Shown here piece after piece: positions 28,260 through 37,838 of a stretch of 62,215 nt of DNA. Under the pieces are notes generated by a model. The model saw only the letters and a list, made by a program, of their open reading frames with translations, had not been told where the DNA came from and did not search any database. Positions within the stretch are counted from its first letter, which is position 1. Each line of letters begins with the position of its first letter. Made by a program: the position numbers and the translations under genes. Source of the DNA: Pseudomonadota bacterium (GTDB taxonomy: Bacteria > Myxococcota_A > Polyangia > Fen-1088); NCBI GenBank assembly GCA_023438785.1, contig JAEXQJ010000176.1, forward strand, positions 1-62,215, given 5' to 3'.

Positions 28260-30635
28260 ATGAGCGTTGCACGCACGGTGCACCGGATCAACAAACGATT
28301 CGGACTGCGCCTCGTGATCTGGGGTGCCTTGCTCGGGCTCGTCGCGGCGGGCCTGTGTGTGGTGCCGCTGTTCGATGTGCTGGGTTACGACTACGCCTTC
28401 GTCATCGGGTTGCTGGCCGCCTTCGCGGCTGTGGATGTGGGGCAGGGGACGGTGGCCGCGGCGCGGTCGGCGCGATTGCCCGTGGGCCTGGCTCGCCTGG
28501 TCGGCCAGGCGATCGTCGCCAGCCTGAGCCTGCTGGTCCTGCCCCTCCTGCTCTCCGTGGCCAACGGGCTGCGGGTGCGCAACTGCAACTGGGGCGCGGG
28601 CTTGGCCTTCTTCGCGCTCCTGCCGGTGGGCACGGTGCTCTTTGCCGCGCCAGCGGGCGTGTTGGCCGGGGTGCTGGTGCGCGGGCGCCTGGGGCGCGTC
28701 GTGGCGTGGGCGTTGCCGGTCCTCTCGCTGGCCTGGTCGCTGGTGCGCGTGTACCGCGCCCCCCCGGTCTTCGCCTTCGATCCCTTCGGCGGCTTCTTTC
28801 CTGGCCCTATCTACGACGAGGCGCTGCGACCGTCGGCTCGGCTCTTCTGGTACCGGCTGGCCAACCTGACCTGGATCGGCGCCGCTCTGGCGGTGCTGGC
28901 CTGTGTGAGCGGGGGCGGGCGGGCCCGGGAAGATGGACCCCCGCGGCCCGTCTGGCGCCGGCCGTCGCTGCCCTGGCTGGCCGTGACCATCGCGCTCGTG
29001 GCCGGGGCTTGGGGCTGGCTCGCCGCGCGGGCCAGCTTAGGCTTTCACCTGGACCGTCGCGATCTCACGGCCGTGCTGTCCCGCCAGACGCGCTCGTCGC
29101 ATTTCGTCCTGTACAGCGATCCCGAGGCCGATTCTCGCGAGGAGATCGAGCTGGTTCGCCGTGACCTGGAGTTTCGCTACTGGCAGTTGGCGCACATCCT
29201 GGGCACCGAGCCGCGCGCGCCCATCACCGTGTACCGCTTCTCGTCGGCCGCACAGAAGAAGGAGCTGACGGGCGCGGGCGGTACGCTCTACGCCAAGCCC
29301 TGGCAGCGCGAGATCTTCGTGCAAGCCGAGCCCTTCCCCGCCTCTCGCCTGCGCCACGAGTTGGCGCATGTCTTCGCCGGCGCCTTTGGGGATCACCTGT
29401 TCGGCATCTCCCTTGCGTGGCACCTGGGTGTGCCTCGCTTGGCCATGGGCCTGGTCGAGGGGCTGGCCGAGGCGGCCGACTACGGCGATCCCGACGGTCG
29501 CGCGACCTTGCACGAGCAGGCACGCGCCATGATGGAGCTGGACCAGGCCCCGCCGCTGAGCCGCATCTTGGGCGCGGGCTTCACCGCCCAATCCGGCCCG
29601 CGCGCTTACACCTTGGCGGGTTCGTTCTGCCGTTTTCTCCTCGACCGCTTCGGTGCCGCCAAGCTGCGTGACCTCTACGCCTCGGCGGGCGATTTTGCGG
29701 GCGTCTATGGCCATGATCTGGCGTCGCTGGAATCGGACTGGCGCGCCTTCTTGCAGGAACAGCCCCTCGACCCGGCCACCCTGGCGCGGGCCCGTGAACG
29801 TTTCCGTCGGCCGGCCATCTTCCAGAAGGTGTGCGCACGCGAGTTGGCGGCGCGGGTGGGCGAGGCGCGGGCGCGGCTGGGCAGTGCGCCCGAGGACGCG
29901 GCCCGGCTGCTGACCAGCGTGTGCCAGGACGATCCGCACGAGCCCGTGTTTCGCCTGGACCTGGCCGAGGCGTTGGCCGCCGCGGGGCAGGCGGATGCGG
30001 CCCTGCGGGTCCTGGGTGCATCGGACGACGACACGCTCACCCGTCCGCTGCGCGTGCGCGCCGCCAACTTGGCGGCCACCATTCACTTTCATGCGGGCCG
30101 CTTGGCCGAAGCCAGAGCGGATGTGCAGCGTGCCCTGGCCAATGCCACCGACGAGAATGAAGAGCGCCTGGCCCAGGTCAGGCTGCGCGCCTTGGTCGAT
30201 GCGCCGTCGCGTGCCACGCTGGGACGCGTGTTCTTAGGCGACGAGGTGGGACGTCCCCCCGATGCGGGGCTGGCGGTCTTCCTGGTGGGCGAATTCGCGC
30301 GCGCCAATCCCGGCGAGGCGCTGGGATCCTATCTGCTGGGCCGCCAACTGGCGGCTCGGGATCCCAAGCTGGCGGTGCGCGAGCTGGTCAAGGCCTGCTC
30401 GCCTGCCGCGCCGACTGCGGCGGTGCCGGTGACAGAGAGGCCGTCCGCCACGTGGGGGCCGCCCTTCGCCAAGGAGTGCACGCGCCTGCTGGGCGAGTCG
30501 GCGTTTCTGGCAGGCGATCTGTCGCTGGCCCGCGTGGCCTACGAGGAGCTGCGCGATCACGCCACCCTGCAGGCCGACCGCCTGCGCGCCCAGGACTTCC
30601 TCGAGCGCATTGCATGGGAGAGCCACAATCCGTGA
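28260..30635 (+). CDS. polytopic membrane protein with an HExxH (peptidase-MA-like) module and a C-terminal TPR-like helical repeat region
   Basis: The N-terminal about 250 aa have around 8 helices. HELAH lies at 29355-29369, followed by GLVEGLAEAADYGD (candidate third zinc ligand). The C-terminal Ala/Leu/Arg-rich region is helical. The start is only 11 nt from the divergent PilZ start, so one of the two starts may be wrong. Confidence 0.55.
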   Translation: MSVARTVHRINKRFGLRLVIWGALLGLVAAGLCVVPLFDVLGYDYAFVIGLLAAFAAVDVGQGTVAAARSARLPVGLARLVGQAIVASLSLLVLPLLLSVANGLRVRNCNWGAGLAFFALLPVGTVLFAAPAGVLAGVLVRGRLGRVVAWALPVLSLAWSLVRVYRAPPVFAFDPFGGFFPGPIYDEALRPSARLFWYRLANLTWIGAALAVLACVSGGGRAREDGPPRPVWRRPSLPWLAVTIALVAGAWGWLAARASLGFHLDRRDLTAVLSRQTRSSHFVLYSDPEADSREEIELVRRDLEFRYWQLAHILGTEPRAPITVYRFSSAAQKKELTGAGGTLYAKPWQREIFVQAEPFPASRLRHELAHVFAGAFGDHLFGISLAWHLGVPRLAMGLVEGLAEAADYGDPDGRATLHEQARAMMELDQAPPLSRILGAGFTAQSGPRAYTLAGSFCRFLLDRFGAAKLRDLYASAGDFAGVYGHDLASLESDWRAFLQEQPLDPATLARARERFRRPAIFQKVCARELAARVGEARARLGSAPEDAARLLTSVCQDDPHEPVFRLDLAEALAAAGQADAALRVLGASDDDTLTRPLRVRAANLAATIHFHAGRLAEARADVQRALANATDENEERLAQVRLRALVDAPSRATLGRVFLGDEVGRPPDAGLAVFLVGEFARANPGEALGSYLLGRQLAARDPKLAVRELVKACSPAAPTAAVPVTERPSATWGPPFAKECTRLLGESAFLAGDLSLARVAYEELRDHATLQADRLRAQDFLERIAWESHNP

Positions 30636-30800
30636 ACGCGGCCCTCTCGCCCCGACGCGGCTCCGCGGCGGTGTGCGCTTGATGCGCTTCGCGTGCGGCC
30701 CGCCCGAGTTGTTCCGTCACAGGGCGGTGGGACGATCAATTCGCGGGCGCGATGTCGGTGGCGCCCTCCGCCTCACGCCCCCACGCATAAGGAGGTATCG

Positions 30801-31205
30801 ATGCTGGGAGAAAAGATGGGAGAACTGGCCGGCAAGGTCACCGCGCGGCGGGTGTTGCCCGGAGAGGTGAGCGACCCCAGCCTGGAGATCTCGTTTCAGT
30901 CCTCCGGAAGAGTCCTGGGCATAGACGTCAGCGAGCTGGGCACCTTCTGGTCGCGCCCCATGCCGGGCGGAACGTATTACGGAGAGGGGCAGGGCCTTTG
31001 GGTGACGAGAGACAGCGAGGGCTGCACCTGGAAGGGCACGGGCGTGGGCAAGCCCAACGGACGCGGCGGCGTGAGCTACCGCGGCTCGGTTTGCCTGAGC
31101 ACGAACTCGAACCGGCTCTCTCGGCTGAACGGCGTGTGCGCCGTGTACGAATACGAGCTGGACGAGAACGGGGACTGCAGGACCCTCTTCGCCGAGTGGA
31201 AGTGA
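30801..31205 (+). CDS. hypothetical conserved small protein (134 aa)
   Basis: A strong RBS AAGGAGG lies 6 nt upstream of ATG 30801. MGELAGKVTARRVL...YYGEGQGLWVT...WKGTGVGK...YEYELDENGD...AEWK looks like a conserved beta-rich family, but I cannot name it. Confidence 0.55.
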   Translation: MLGEKMGELAGKVTARRVLPGEVSDPSLEISFQSSGRVLGIDVSELGTFWSRPMPGGTYYGEGQGLWVTRDSEGCTWKGTGVGKPNGRGGVSYRGSVCLSTNSNRLSRLNGVCAVYEYELDENGDCRTLFAEWK

Positions 31206-31227
31206 CGGCCGGAATCTTCTCCGGCTG
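31206..31227 (+). terminator. stem-loop immediately after the stop of the 134-aa ORF (terminator-like, no U-tract)
   Basis: CGGCCGGA-ATCTTC-TCCGGCTG forms an 8-bp stem (one G-U pair) starting 1 nt after TGA 31203-31205. Confidence 0.3.
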
Positions 31228-31521
31228 AGAATCGAGATCGGGTGGGCCCATGGTCGGGGGTCCGTCCGGATTCCGCGCAGGCCTTGCGTCTGGAGCCTCG
31301 TTCCGCGCGGAAAAGCGATCCGCACGGGGCTTCGTTGCTACCGTTCCGCCACGCTCACCGCCGGTGTTCTGACGTTTGCGTGTGTGCCCAAGTGCGGCGT
31401 CAGGGGGGTGAGGTGGTTGCGGGCGAGACAGCGGGGGGGGAAGGCGGCGATCTGCCCACGAGGCGAGCGCGCTTCTCGCCGTGTACCATGCGGGCTGTCG
31501 ATCCGTTGTGTTGAGGCTCGC

Positions 31522-34065
31522 GTGACTGAAGCATCGGCGTCTCGTCATTCATCGGCTCCTCGTTCACTGGTCTCTGCGCAGGCGCTTCACCTGGGGGCGT
31601 TGCTGGCCGCGTGTGCTCTGTTGCCGGGGGCCGCGGCTCTGATTCTTCTGTGGATGAATCAGTCCACGTTGGTGCGCGGGTTGGTGGTGGCGGTTGCCAC
31701 CCTGGCCGGCCTGGCGGGATCGGCGCGTCTCATGTTCGTGGTCCGTCGTATCGAGCGCGAGCGCGCCGACGCCATCGATCGCGCCAAGAGCGTGTTCCTG
31801 GCCACCATCAGCCACGAGATCCGCACGCCGATGAACGCGGTCATCGGCATGGCCGATCTGCTCCGCCAGACCAAGCTGTCCAGCACCCAGTCCAGCTACC
31901 TGAGCAAGCTGCACGGCGCCTCCAAACATCTGCTCGGCATCATCAACGACATCCTCGATCTATCGAAGATCGAGGCCTCCAAGCTCGACCTCGAACACGT
32001 GCCCTTCCTGCTCGACGACGTGCTCGACGGGGTGGCCTCCATGGTGGGCGTGCGCGCCGCCGAGAAGAACGTGGAGCTGGTCATCGATCGCGAACCCAGC
32101 GTGCCGGTCATGCTATTGGGCGATCCCCTGCGCCTCGGCCAGATCCTGACCAACCTGGCGGGCAACGCCGTCAAGTTCACCCACGAGGGCGAAGTGCGTG
32201 TGTCGGTGCACGATGACGGGATGTCGGGCGACAAGGCGGTCCTGCGCTTTCAGGTCCAGGACACGGGCATCGGCATCAGCAGGGAACAACAGGCGCGCCT
32301 CTTCCGTCCCTTCACCCAGGCTGACGACTCCACCACCCGGCGCTATGGCGGTACCGGGCTGGGCCTGGCCATCTGCCGCCGCCTGGTCGACCTGATGGGC
32401 GGCAGCATTGAGCTGCACAGCGAGCCGGGGCGGGGCAGTTGCTTCAAGGTCGTGGTGCCGCTGCAGGTCCGCACGGATTCACGGCGCCAGGTACCCGGCG
32501 TCCCGCCTGTGATCCGCGGTCGCCGCGTGTTGGTCCTGGAGCCCAACCCGACCGCCTGCTCGACCATGGTGGAAGCCCTGCGTGGGGCAGGCCTGAACGC
32601 GGAGGGTGTGGCTCGCACCGAGGAGGCCCGGGCGCGTCTCTTTGGGCAGGGTGGCCACCGGCCTCCCGACGTGGCCCTGCTGAATTGGCGCCTGCCCGAG
32701 GGCAATCTGCGCGACGTCCTGAGCCGTGCGCGCAAGCAGAACGTCACCTGGCGGACTCTCGTGTTGGCCACCCACGCGGACGCGGACGACGCGCAGGCTT
32801 GCCTGGCCTCGGTCGGCGTGGGAGCGCTGCTCATCAAGCCGGCCAGTCCCTCGGCGCTCTTCGAGGCCGTGGCGCGCAGCCTGGATGCGGAGAAGCGGGC
32901 CCGTGCCATCATGCTCTCGCGCACCGGCGAGCGTCTGGCCACCGGCGAGCTGCTGACCTCGGGCGAGCGCCCGGCCATGCACGCCTGGTCGCACCTATCG
33001 GGCCGACGCGTGCTGCTGGTGGAGGACAATCCTATCAATCAAGAGGTGGTCGTCGCTCTGCTCAAACGTGTGGGCGTGGCGGCGGACGTGACCGCCGAGG
33101 GGCGCGAGGCCCTGGCCATGGTGCAGGCCAAGCACACCGGAGGCGCGGCCTACGACGCCGTGCTGATGGATCGCCACATGCCCGGCATGGATGGCCTCGA
33201 GACCACGCGTCTCATCCGTTCAGATGCCCGGTGCGCCACCCTGCCCATCATCGCGCTCACCGCGGACGTGGTGGGCGGTGCGCGCGAGGAGTGCCTGAGC
33301 GCGGGCATGAACGATTTCCTCAGCAAGCCGTTCGTGCCCGAGGCCCTCTACGAGACCCTGAGTCGCGTCATCCAGCCGGGCGTCGTGCCCATTCCGGTGG
33401 TCAACGCCTTCAACGTGACCTCGCCCAACCTGATGGTCGTGCGCGAGCCTGAGATTCCGTTGGAGATCCCGGGCGTGGATACGGGGCAGGGGCTGCTGCA
33501 CGTGAATGGCAACCAGAGTCTCTACCTGTCGCTGCTGCGCGGTTTTCATCAGGATCACCGCCACGACGATCGGCAGCTCACGGTGTACCTGGGCGAGGGC
33601 GACACGAAGGAGGCGATTCGACTCATGCATACGGTCAAGGGTCTAGCCGGGACCATGGGGGCGCGCAGCCTGCAGCGTCTGGGCGCGCAAATCGAGCAGG
33701 CGCTCAAGGCCGGTGACCCCGTGCCCGTCAGCCTGCGAGAGGCCTTCGCGCGGGAGCTGCACCAGGTCACGGAGGGCATCGCGCCCCTCTGTACCACTCC
33801 GGTGCGGAGGTCTTCCCCGGCGGCCAAGGCCAACCCACGCGGCATCCTCGAAAGGGTGAGCACCCTGGTCAAGGAGTGCGATCCAACTGCCGATGGCTGC
33901 GCCGAGCTGCTGTTGGGCGCCTTGAACGGTCCCGCACAGATCGAGGCTGGCCGCCTCTTGGCCCGCCTGCGTGTCTACGATTTCCAGGGTGCAAATGACG
34001 TGTTGAACGAACTCCATCGACTCGTGCCGGCGATCGAGGTCTCGCATGAAGCGGCCGCCCAGTAA
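31522..34065 (+). CDS. hybrid sensor histidine kinase (2 TM, HisKA, HATPase, pseudo-receiver, receiver, HPt)
   Basis: H-box [13 protein letters not shown] boxes ([23 protein letters not shown]), a first receiver-like domain with Asn in place of the phospho-Asp (LLNWRLPEG, codon 32683-32685), a second canonical receiver ([11 protein letters not shown]), and HPt [12 protein letters not shown]. The GTG 31522 start is a guess (ORF open from 31384). Confidence 0.85.
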   Translation: MTEASASRHSSAPRSLVSAQALHLGALLAACALLPGAAALILLWMNQSTLVRGLVVAVATLAGLAGSARLMFVVRRIERERADAIDRAKSVFLATISHEIRTPMNAVIGMADLLRQTKLSSTQSSYLSKLHGASKHLLGIINDILDLSKIEASKLDLEHVPFLLDDVLDGVASMVGVRAAEKNVELVIDREPSVPVMLLGDPLRLGQILTNLAGNAVKFTHEGEVRVSVHDDGMSGDKAVLRFQVQDTGIGISREQQARLFRPFTQADDSTTRRYGGTGLGLAICRRLVDLMGGSIELHSEPGRGSCFKVVVPLQVRTDSRRQVPGVPPVIRGRRVLVLEPNPTACSTMVEALRGAGLNAEGVARTEEARARLFGQGGHRPPDVALLNWRLPEGNLRDVLSRARKQNVTWRTLVLATHADADDAQACLASVGVGALLIKPASPSALFEAVARSLDAEKRARAIMLSRTGERLATGELLTSGERPAMHAWSHLSGRRVLLVEDNPINQEVVVALLKRVGVAADVTAEGREALAMVQAKHTGGAAYDAVLMDRHMPGMDGLETTRLIRSDARCATLPIIALTADVVGGAREECLSAGMNDFLSKPFVPEALYETLSRVIQPGVVPIPVVNAFNVTSPNLMVVREPEIPLEIPGVDTGQGLLHVNGNQSLYLSLLRGFHQDHRHDDRQLTVYLGEGDTKEAIRLMHTVKGLAGTMGARSLQRLGAQIEQALKAGDPVPVSLREAFARELHQVTEGIAPLCTTPVRRSSPAAKANPRGILERVSTLVKECDPTADGCAELLLGALNGPAQIEAGRLLARLRVYDFQGANDVLNELHRLVPAIEVSHEAAAQ

Positions 34066-35119
34066 CATTCTCATCGTCGACGACACGCCGGGAAACGTCT
34101 GCGTCCTGGTGGGCCTGCTGCCCGGCTACAAGCTGCGCGTGGCCACCACGGGGCCGGCGGCCCTCGATCTGGCGCTGACCGAGCCGCTGCCCGATCTGAT
34201 CCTGCTCGACGTCGTCTTGCCCGGCATGGATGGCTTCGAGGTGTGCCGGCGGCTCAAGGCCGAGCCGCGCACCCGATCGATCCCCGTCATTTTCATCACC
34301 GCCTTGGGCGAGGTGGAGAACGAAACGCGTGGCTTCGAGGTGGGCGGTGTGGACTACATCGCCAAGCCTTTCATTCCCACCGTGGTGCGGGCGCGCGTGG
34401 AGACGCACCTGGAGATCAAAGCCGCCCGCGACGCCATGAACACCCAAAACCAAGAGCTGGAGGCTCGGGTCAACGAGCGCACCGCGGAGTTGCGCGCGGC
34501 GCTGGATCGGGTCCGGCGAGCGGCCTTCGATACGGTGGCCCGCCTGGGGCTGGCCGTGGAGTACCGCGACGACGAGACCGGACAACACGTCCTGCGCATG
34601 GCCCACAGCTCGGTGGCCATCGCCCGCAGGCTGGGCTGGTCCGAGGAAGAACTAGAGCGCCTGCTGCACGCGGCCCCCATGCACGACGTGGGCAAGATCG
34701 CCACGCCCGACGACATCTTGCGCAAGCCTGGCAAGCTGACGCCCGAGGAATGGGCCATCATGCAGCGCCACACCACCACGGGGGGGCGCATTCTGTCGGG
34801 CGCCGACTCGGACGTCCTGCGTATGGCCGAAGTGGTGGCCCTGACCCATCACGAGAAATGGGACGGCACGGGCTATCCCCGGGGGCTGTGCGGCGAGCAG
34901 ATTCCGCTGCCGGGCCGTATCGTGGCCATCGCCGACGTCTTCGACGCGCTCACCTCGCGCCGCCCCTACAAGCAACCCTTCAGCGTGGAGAAGTCGTGCG
35001 ACATCGTGACGGAGGGACGTGGGCTCCACTTCGATCCCCGGGTGGTCGATGCGTTCTTCGCGGCCAAGGAAGACATCCTGGATATCCGGCGGCGCTTCGC
35101 CGACCCCGAGACCTCGTAA
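34046..35119 (+). CDS. response regulator with an HD-GYP c-di-GMP phosphodiesterase output domain (RpfG-like)
   Basis: Receiver ILIVDDTP...LLDVVLPGMDG...AKP, then HDVGK and HHEKWDGTGYPRGL. It overlaps the kinase gene by 20 nt. Confidence 0.9.
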   Translation: MKRPPSNILIVDDTPGNVCVLVGLLPGYKLRVATTGPAALDLALTEPLPDLILLDVVLPGMDGFEVCRRLKAEPRTRSIPVIFITALGEVENETRGFEVGGVDYIAKPFIPTVVRARVETHLEIKAARDAMNTQNQELEARVNERTAELRAALDRVRRAAFDTVARLGLAVEYRDDETGQHVLRMAHSSVAIARRLGWSEEELERLLHAAPMHDVGKIATPDDILRKPGKLTPEEWAIMQRHTTTGGRILSGADSDVLRMAEVVALTHHEKWDGTGYPRGLCGEQIPLPGRIVAIADVFDALTSRRPYKQPFSVEKSCDIVTEGRGLHFDPRVVDAFFAAKEDILDIRRRFADPETS

Positions 35120-35166
35120 CGCGAGCGCGCCGACAGACGGGGGCCGGACGTGGTATCTAAGCCGCG

Positions 35167-36207
35167 ATGCCAGGGCCGAAATTCATCACCCGAAATGACC
35201 CTTCCACGCCCGCCGTCGACCAGCCGCGCGTGGCTGTCTACGATCTGGGTTCGAACTCGTTTCGCGTCCTGGTGGCGGCGGCCGCGCCGGATGGAAACCT
35301 GGCGGTTCTGGCCGATGCCCAGGAAATCGTCCGCTTGGGCGCGGATTCGCTGCGTGAGGGCCTGATTCCCTTCGCCAGCTTCCAGCGGGGACTGCAGGCC
35401 CTGCACAAGCTGCGCGGCCTGGCCGATGCCCTGCGACCCCAGAACACGGTGGCCGTGGCCACTAGCGCTATTCGTGAGGCGCGCAACGGCATGGACTTCG
35501 TCAACAGCGTGCACGCCGAGATCGGCCTGTCGGTGGAGGTCCTGGACCCGGTGAAGGAGGCCACTCTGATCTACTGGGGCGCGCGACAGGCCTTGGATTT
35601 GAGCGGCGGCCGGCGCGTGGCGTTGTTCGATGTGGGCGGCGGCTCGACCAAGGCCCTGGTGGGCAACGCGGACGAATGCCAGTTCGCTACGTCTTTGCCC
35701 ATGGGCGTGCTGCGGCTGCGTGACCAGTGGCAGGGCAACACGGTGGGGCGGGCCGAGATCCTGACCGCGGAGACGCGCGTGCGCGCCGTCATGCAGCCCT
35801 CGGTTCGCCACATGCAGAAATTGGGTTTCGATTTCGTCACCTTCACCTCGGGAACGGCGCTGGCCCTGGCCCGCCTGGCGGAAGGCGACGGCAGCACGAT
35901 GGCACCCGTGAAGGGCCGTTCGGGCGAGGGACTGGGGCGTCATCTGGTGCTTTCGCTGGACAGCCTGAAGGCCCTGGAGCAGCGACTGGCGGCGGCCACC
36001 GAGGCGGAACGCGCGGCCATGCCCGGCGTGGGGGCCTTGCGCGCGGACACCTTGCTGCCCGGCACCGTCGTGCTGCGCACGCTCCTGGAGCTCACCGGGC
36101 AATACGCGGCCATCGTGTGCGAGAGCGCGCTCAAGGAAGGTCTGGTGGTCGATTACTTCGCCCGCCACAACGCCGGCCTAGCCGCGGAGCTGCCCGAGGA
36201 AGTCTGA
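35167..36207 (+). CDS. Ppx/GppA-family phosphatase (exopolyphosphatase / pppGpp phosphohydrolase), catalytic domains only
   Basis: VAVYDLGSNSFRVLV, ATSAIREARNG and FDVGGGST (ASKHA-fold phosphate loops). Confidence 0.85.
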   Translation: MPGPKFITRNDPSTPAVDQPRVAVYDLGSNSFRVLVAAAAPDGNLAVLADAQEIVRLGADSLREGLIPFASFQRGLQALHKLRGLADALRPQNTVAVATSAIREARNGMDFVNSVHAEIGLSVEVLDPVKEATLIYWGARQALDLSGGRRVALFDVGGGSTKALVGNADECQFATSLPMGVLRLRDQWQGNTVGRAEILTAETRVRAVMQPSVRHMQKLGFDFVTFTSGTALALARLAEGDGSTMAPVKGRSGEGLGRHLVLSLDSLKALEQRLAAATEAERAAMPGVGALRADTLLPGTVVLRTLLELTGQYAAIVCESALKEGLVVDYFARHNAGLAAELPEEV

Positions 36208-36266
36208 ACCGTCACGCCAAGCGAAGAGCCGGGCGGTCTGGCCCGGGGCGTGGCAACGATCGGGAC

Positions 36267-37028
36267 ATGGTCTGGTTCGATACCCACTGCCACCTGGACA
36301 CGCCGCCGCTCGGCGATCGGGCACCGGCCGTGGTGGACGCCGCCCGCGCCGCCGGAGTGGAGCGCATCTTGGCCGTGGCCACGGATCGCGCCTCGCTCGC
36401 CAAGCTGGCCGGACTGCGTGGGCTGCCCGGGGTGCTGATCGCGGCAGGACAGCACCCCTGGGTGGCCCATGAGGATCTGTCGCGCGACGAGCTGGCCGCT
36501 CATTTGCGCGCGCTGGGCGCGGTGGCAGTGGGCGAGATCGGCCTGGACTTTCGCCACGAGAACGCCGCGCCGCGCGAACGCCAGGTGGCCCAACTCACCT
36601 GGCAGCTTGAATTGGCCGTGGACCTGGACCTGCCCGTGTCGCTGCACGTGCGCGGGGCCTTCGACGAGGCGCTGGCCTTGCTGAGGCGCTTTCATCCACG
36701 GCTGCGCGGGGCCGTGCATGCCTTCTCGCGCGGGGCGGACCTGGCCCGGCGTTTCTGGGGGCTGGGGCTGCACATCGCCTTCGGAGGCGCCATCACGCAG
36801 AGTCGGGCGCGTTTGGCTCACGAGGCCGCGCGGGCCGTGCCGTTGGATCGCCTTCTGGTAGAAACGGACGCGCCCGCCATCGCTGTCCACCCCACGCCCG
36901 CCCAGGACGTGGAGCCGCGCCACGCCGTCTTCGTGGGGCAGGCCCTCGCCCGCCTGCGCGGCCAATCCCCCGAGTGCCTCGCCCTCGCCACCACACAAAA
37001 TGCCCATCGACTCTTCCACACCGTCTGA
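36267..37028 (+). CDS. TatD-family metal-dependent hydrolase
   Basis: FDTHCHLD, GEIGLDF, SLHVR and VETDAP motifs. The start is taken at MVWFD. The long track ORF from 35727 is an out-of-gene extension. Confidence 0.88.
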   Translation: MVWFDTHCHLDTPPLGDRAPAVVDAARAAGVERILAVATDRASLAKLAGLRGLPGVLIAAGQHPWVAHEDLSRDELAAHLRALGAVAVGEIGLDFRHENAAPRERQVAQLTWQLELAVDLDLPVSLHVRGAFDEALALLRRFHPRLRGAVHAFSRGADLARRFWGLGLHIAFGGAITQSRARLAHEAARAVPLDRLLVETDAPAIAVHPTPAQDVEPRHAVFVGQALARLRGQSPECLALATTQNAHRLFHTV

Positions 37029-37761
37029 CTTTCAGGCCGCCTTTACCCGCACGGTCGACTACTTCGGTCCCGCGGCCCTGGGCAAGTTCCAGGCCGCCAC
37101 CGTGGCCATCGTGGGGCTGGGCGGGGTGGGCAGTCACGCCGCCTGCTCGTTGGTGCGCAATGGAATCGGCGGCGTTCGTCTGATCGACTTCGACACGCTG
37201 ACCTGGTCCAGCCTCAACCGCCACGCCGTGGCTGTGCCCGAGGACGTGGGGCGGCCCAAGGTCGACGTCATGGCCCAGGCGCTTCGGCGTATCAACCCCA
37301 ACCTGCGCGTGGAGACGCGGGCCGCCTTCTTTGGTGCCGAGAGCCAGGAGGCTCTGCTCGACGGTGAGTTGTCGTTCGTGGTGGACGCCATCGACAGCGT
37401 CAATCCCAAGGTCGACCTCATCTCGGCCTGCGTGACCCGCCACATTCCCATCATCTCCTGCCTGGGCGCGGCGGGGCGCATTCACGGCGAGAAGGTGGAG
37501 GTGGCCGACCTGTTCGAGAGCCACACCTGCCCGCTGGCCCGCTTGATTCGCAAGCGCGTGCACCGCCGTGGCGTGCAGTCCGGCGTCCCCGCCGTGTTCT
37601 CGCCCGAGGTGCCCTGCGAGCCTCTGCCGCCCGACGACGAGCCACACCTGGCCCGCGGCCGGCGGCGCAATCGCCTACCCAGCGTGGGCGTCGTGCCCGG
37701 CATCGTGGGCTACGCCGCTGCCGGCTACATCCTGCGCACCCTGGCGGGCTCGCCCGAGTAG
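37000..37761 (+). CDS. tcdA: ThiF/MoeB-fold tRNA threonylcarbamoyladenosine dehydratase (TcdA/CsdL-like)
   Basis: VAIVGLGGVGSH nucleotide loop, SSLNRH, VVDAIDSV, and a Cys in HTCPLAR. The start overlaps the tatD-like 3' end by 29 nt and may be further downstream. Confidence 0.8.
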   Translation: MPIDSSTPSDFQAAFTRTVDYFGPAALGKFQAATVAIVGLGGVGSHAACSLVRNGIGGVRLIDFDTLTWSSLNRHAVAVPEDVGRPKVDVMAQALRRINPNLRVETRAAFFGAESQEALLDGELSFVVDAIDSVNPKVDLISACVTRHIPIISCLGAAGRIHGEKVEVADLFESHTCPLARLIRKRVHRRGVQSGVPAVFSPEVPCEPLPPDDEPHLARGRRRNRLPSVGVVPGIVGYAAAGYILRTLAGSPE

Positions 37762-37838
37762 CCGAGCCGCCCTCCCGGTGGCGGATCACTGGGCCCGCAT
37801 GGTTTCGCCCAGGTGCCTGGCTCCGCTATGCTGCGCCA

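Noticed and set aside
34966-36168. 400-aa minus-strand ORF
   Set aside because: It is antisense to the Ppx/GppA gene, which has clear ASKHA phosphate-loop motifs.
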